IMG/VR virus record: IMGVR_UViG_3300025389_000106
Coordinates: 1 to 25,935 of that record
DNA: 25,935 nucleotides
Origin: a virus
Taxonomy: Duplodnaviria; Caudoviricetes
Direction: 5' to 3' (one strand)
In this document: positions 24,969 to 25,935 of the stretch, in pieces
Layout: every line of letters begins with the position of its first letter
How positions within the stretch are numbered: the first letter of the stretch is position 1
The notes under the pieces: model-generated
What the model saw: only the letters and a program-made list of their open reading frames with translations
Told to the model about the DNA's origin: nothing
The model's database searches: none
Position numbers and translations under genes: made by a program

Positions 24969-25935
24969 TAGGATGCGTACCTCACTACTACTAAGCCTGA
25001 GCCGCCATTACCGCCAAACGCAGTGACGTTGGTAATCATGTTGCCGCCACCACCAGAACCTGTGTTGTATAGACCTGAAGAAGACGGTACAAAAGATGAG
25101 CTACCAGCATTAGCTCCTACTCCTCCTCCGCCTAATCCTCCTGCACCTGCTGCGGCTCCTTGGTTAGACGCACCGCCACCACCACCGCCAGCAAAGTAGT
25201 AATGAGAGGAAGACAAAACACCTAGGTTTACTAAAGCTCCAACTGAGTCACTAAGCGTAGAGTATGTACCAGCTCCACCAGCACCCGATTGGCTACCAGT
25301 TCCGTTACCGCCAGCAACAGCAGCTCCACCTCCACCACCTGCTGGATAAGGGCTTGTAGCTGTATTTCCGCCACCAGCGTAGCCTTCTACTGGAGAATAT
25401 GAACCAGCGTTACCCGCACCGCCTCCGTAAGAGCCTACAGAACCACCACCCGCTCCACCTCCAGAACCACCAGCTGTAGCACTGTTATTGTTTACGTAGC
25501 CACCCTGTCCACCACCCGTAGAAGCAAGTACAGAGCCAAGTGAAGAATTACCACCTTGTCCACCACCGGTATAGCCCTGGTTATTTTGACCAGGTCCACC
25601 AGCACCAACAGTTACAGCGTATGAAGTTGAGGCTGTAAGAGATTGGGATAAAGCAGTTCTAAAACCACCTGCACCACCACCGCCACCTGAACCAGCGCCA
25701 CCTCCTGCAATAACAAGCACATCCGCAGTTACAGCAGACGAGGTGTTAAACACTCCAGAGTTCTTAAAGACATGGTAGGTATACGTTCCGTCTGTAACAA
25801 TCTGGTCCCCACCAAACGCTTTTGTAGGAATAATAGAGGTTACATCTGCGGCCTTAATTCCATAGATAGTTGCCGTAACACCTGAAGAAAAGTTAGATGT
25901 AGGGACAATAGATAAAACGTTTACTGGATTAAAGC
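24968..25935 (-). CDS. Glycine-rich virion fibre protein, paralog, 5' end outside the window
   Basis: The frame stays open beyond the track start at 25753 to the window edge (..ATIYGIKA..KAFGGDQIVTDGTYTYHVFKNSGVF..). Ends GGSGLVVVRYAS. Confidence 0.82.
   Translation of the reverse strand, partial: FNPVNVLSIVPTSNFSSGVTATIYGIKAADVTSIIPTKAFGGDQIVTDGTYTYHVFKNSGVFNTSSAVTADVLVIAGGGAGSGGGGGAGGFRTALSQSLTASTSYAVTVGAGGPGQNNQGYTGGGQGGNSSLGSVLASTGGGQGGYVNNNSATAGGSGGGAGGGSVGSYGGGAGNAGSYSPVEGYAGGGNTATSPYPAGGGGGAAVAGGNGTGSQSGAGGAGTYSTLSDSVGALVNLGVLSSSHYYFAGGGGGGASNQGAAAGAGGLGGGGVGANAGSSSFVPSSSGLYNTGSGGGGNMITNVTAFGGNGGSGLVVVRYAS

Noticed and set aside
1-25935. tRNA/rRNA genes, CRISPR arrays, introns or inteins, DGR, stop-codon reassignment
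   Set aside because: No non-coding space or motifs for these were seen; genes read intact in the standard code and TAA, TAG and TGA all act as stops.

Overview
This window is a segment of a tailed dsDNA phage genome with a contractile (myovirus-type) tail. Essentially all genes are on the minus strand, densely packed and often translationally coupled. In transcription order (right to left): two paralogous glycine-rich virion proteins; probable head-closure and decoration proteins; a 1.35 kb array of seven mostly unannotated ORFs (Lys-rich microproteins, two Cys-rich metallothionein-like peptides, one Met-rich repeat protein) closed by an intrinsic terminator; a structured leader; neck and tail-terminator genes; sheath; tube; a tail-assembly chaperone with a candidate +1 frameshift; tape measure carrying M23 and lysozyme-like domains; a complete eCIS/T4-like baseplate set with a split hub gene; a small membrane protein; and a replication module (initiator with an internal ori-like double hairpin, DnaC/IstB-like loader, SWIM finger, DnaB helicase) behind two sigma70-type promoters whose -10 boxes contain stop codons. 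An actinobacterial host, possibly a low-GC freshwater lineage, is an inference only. All product calls come from motif recognition by eye; no database searches were run. The main leads are the microprotein/metallothionein-like array, the TTT-CGC-TAG +1 frameshift, and one beta-rich module inserted into three different tail proteins.
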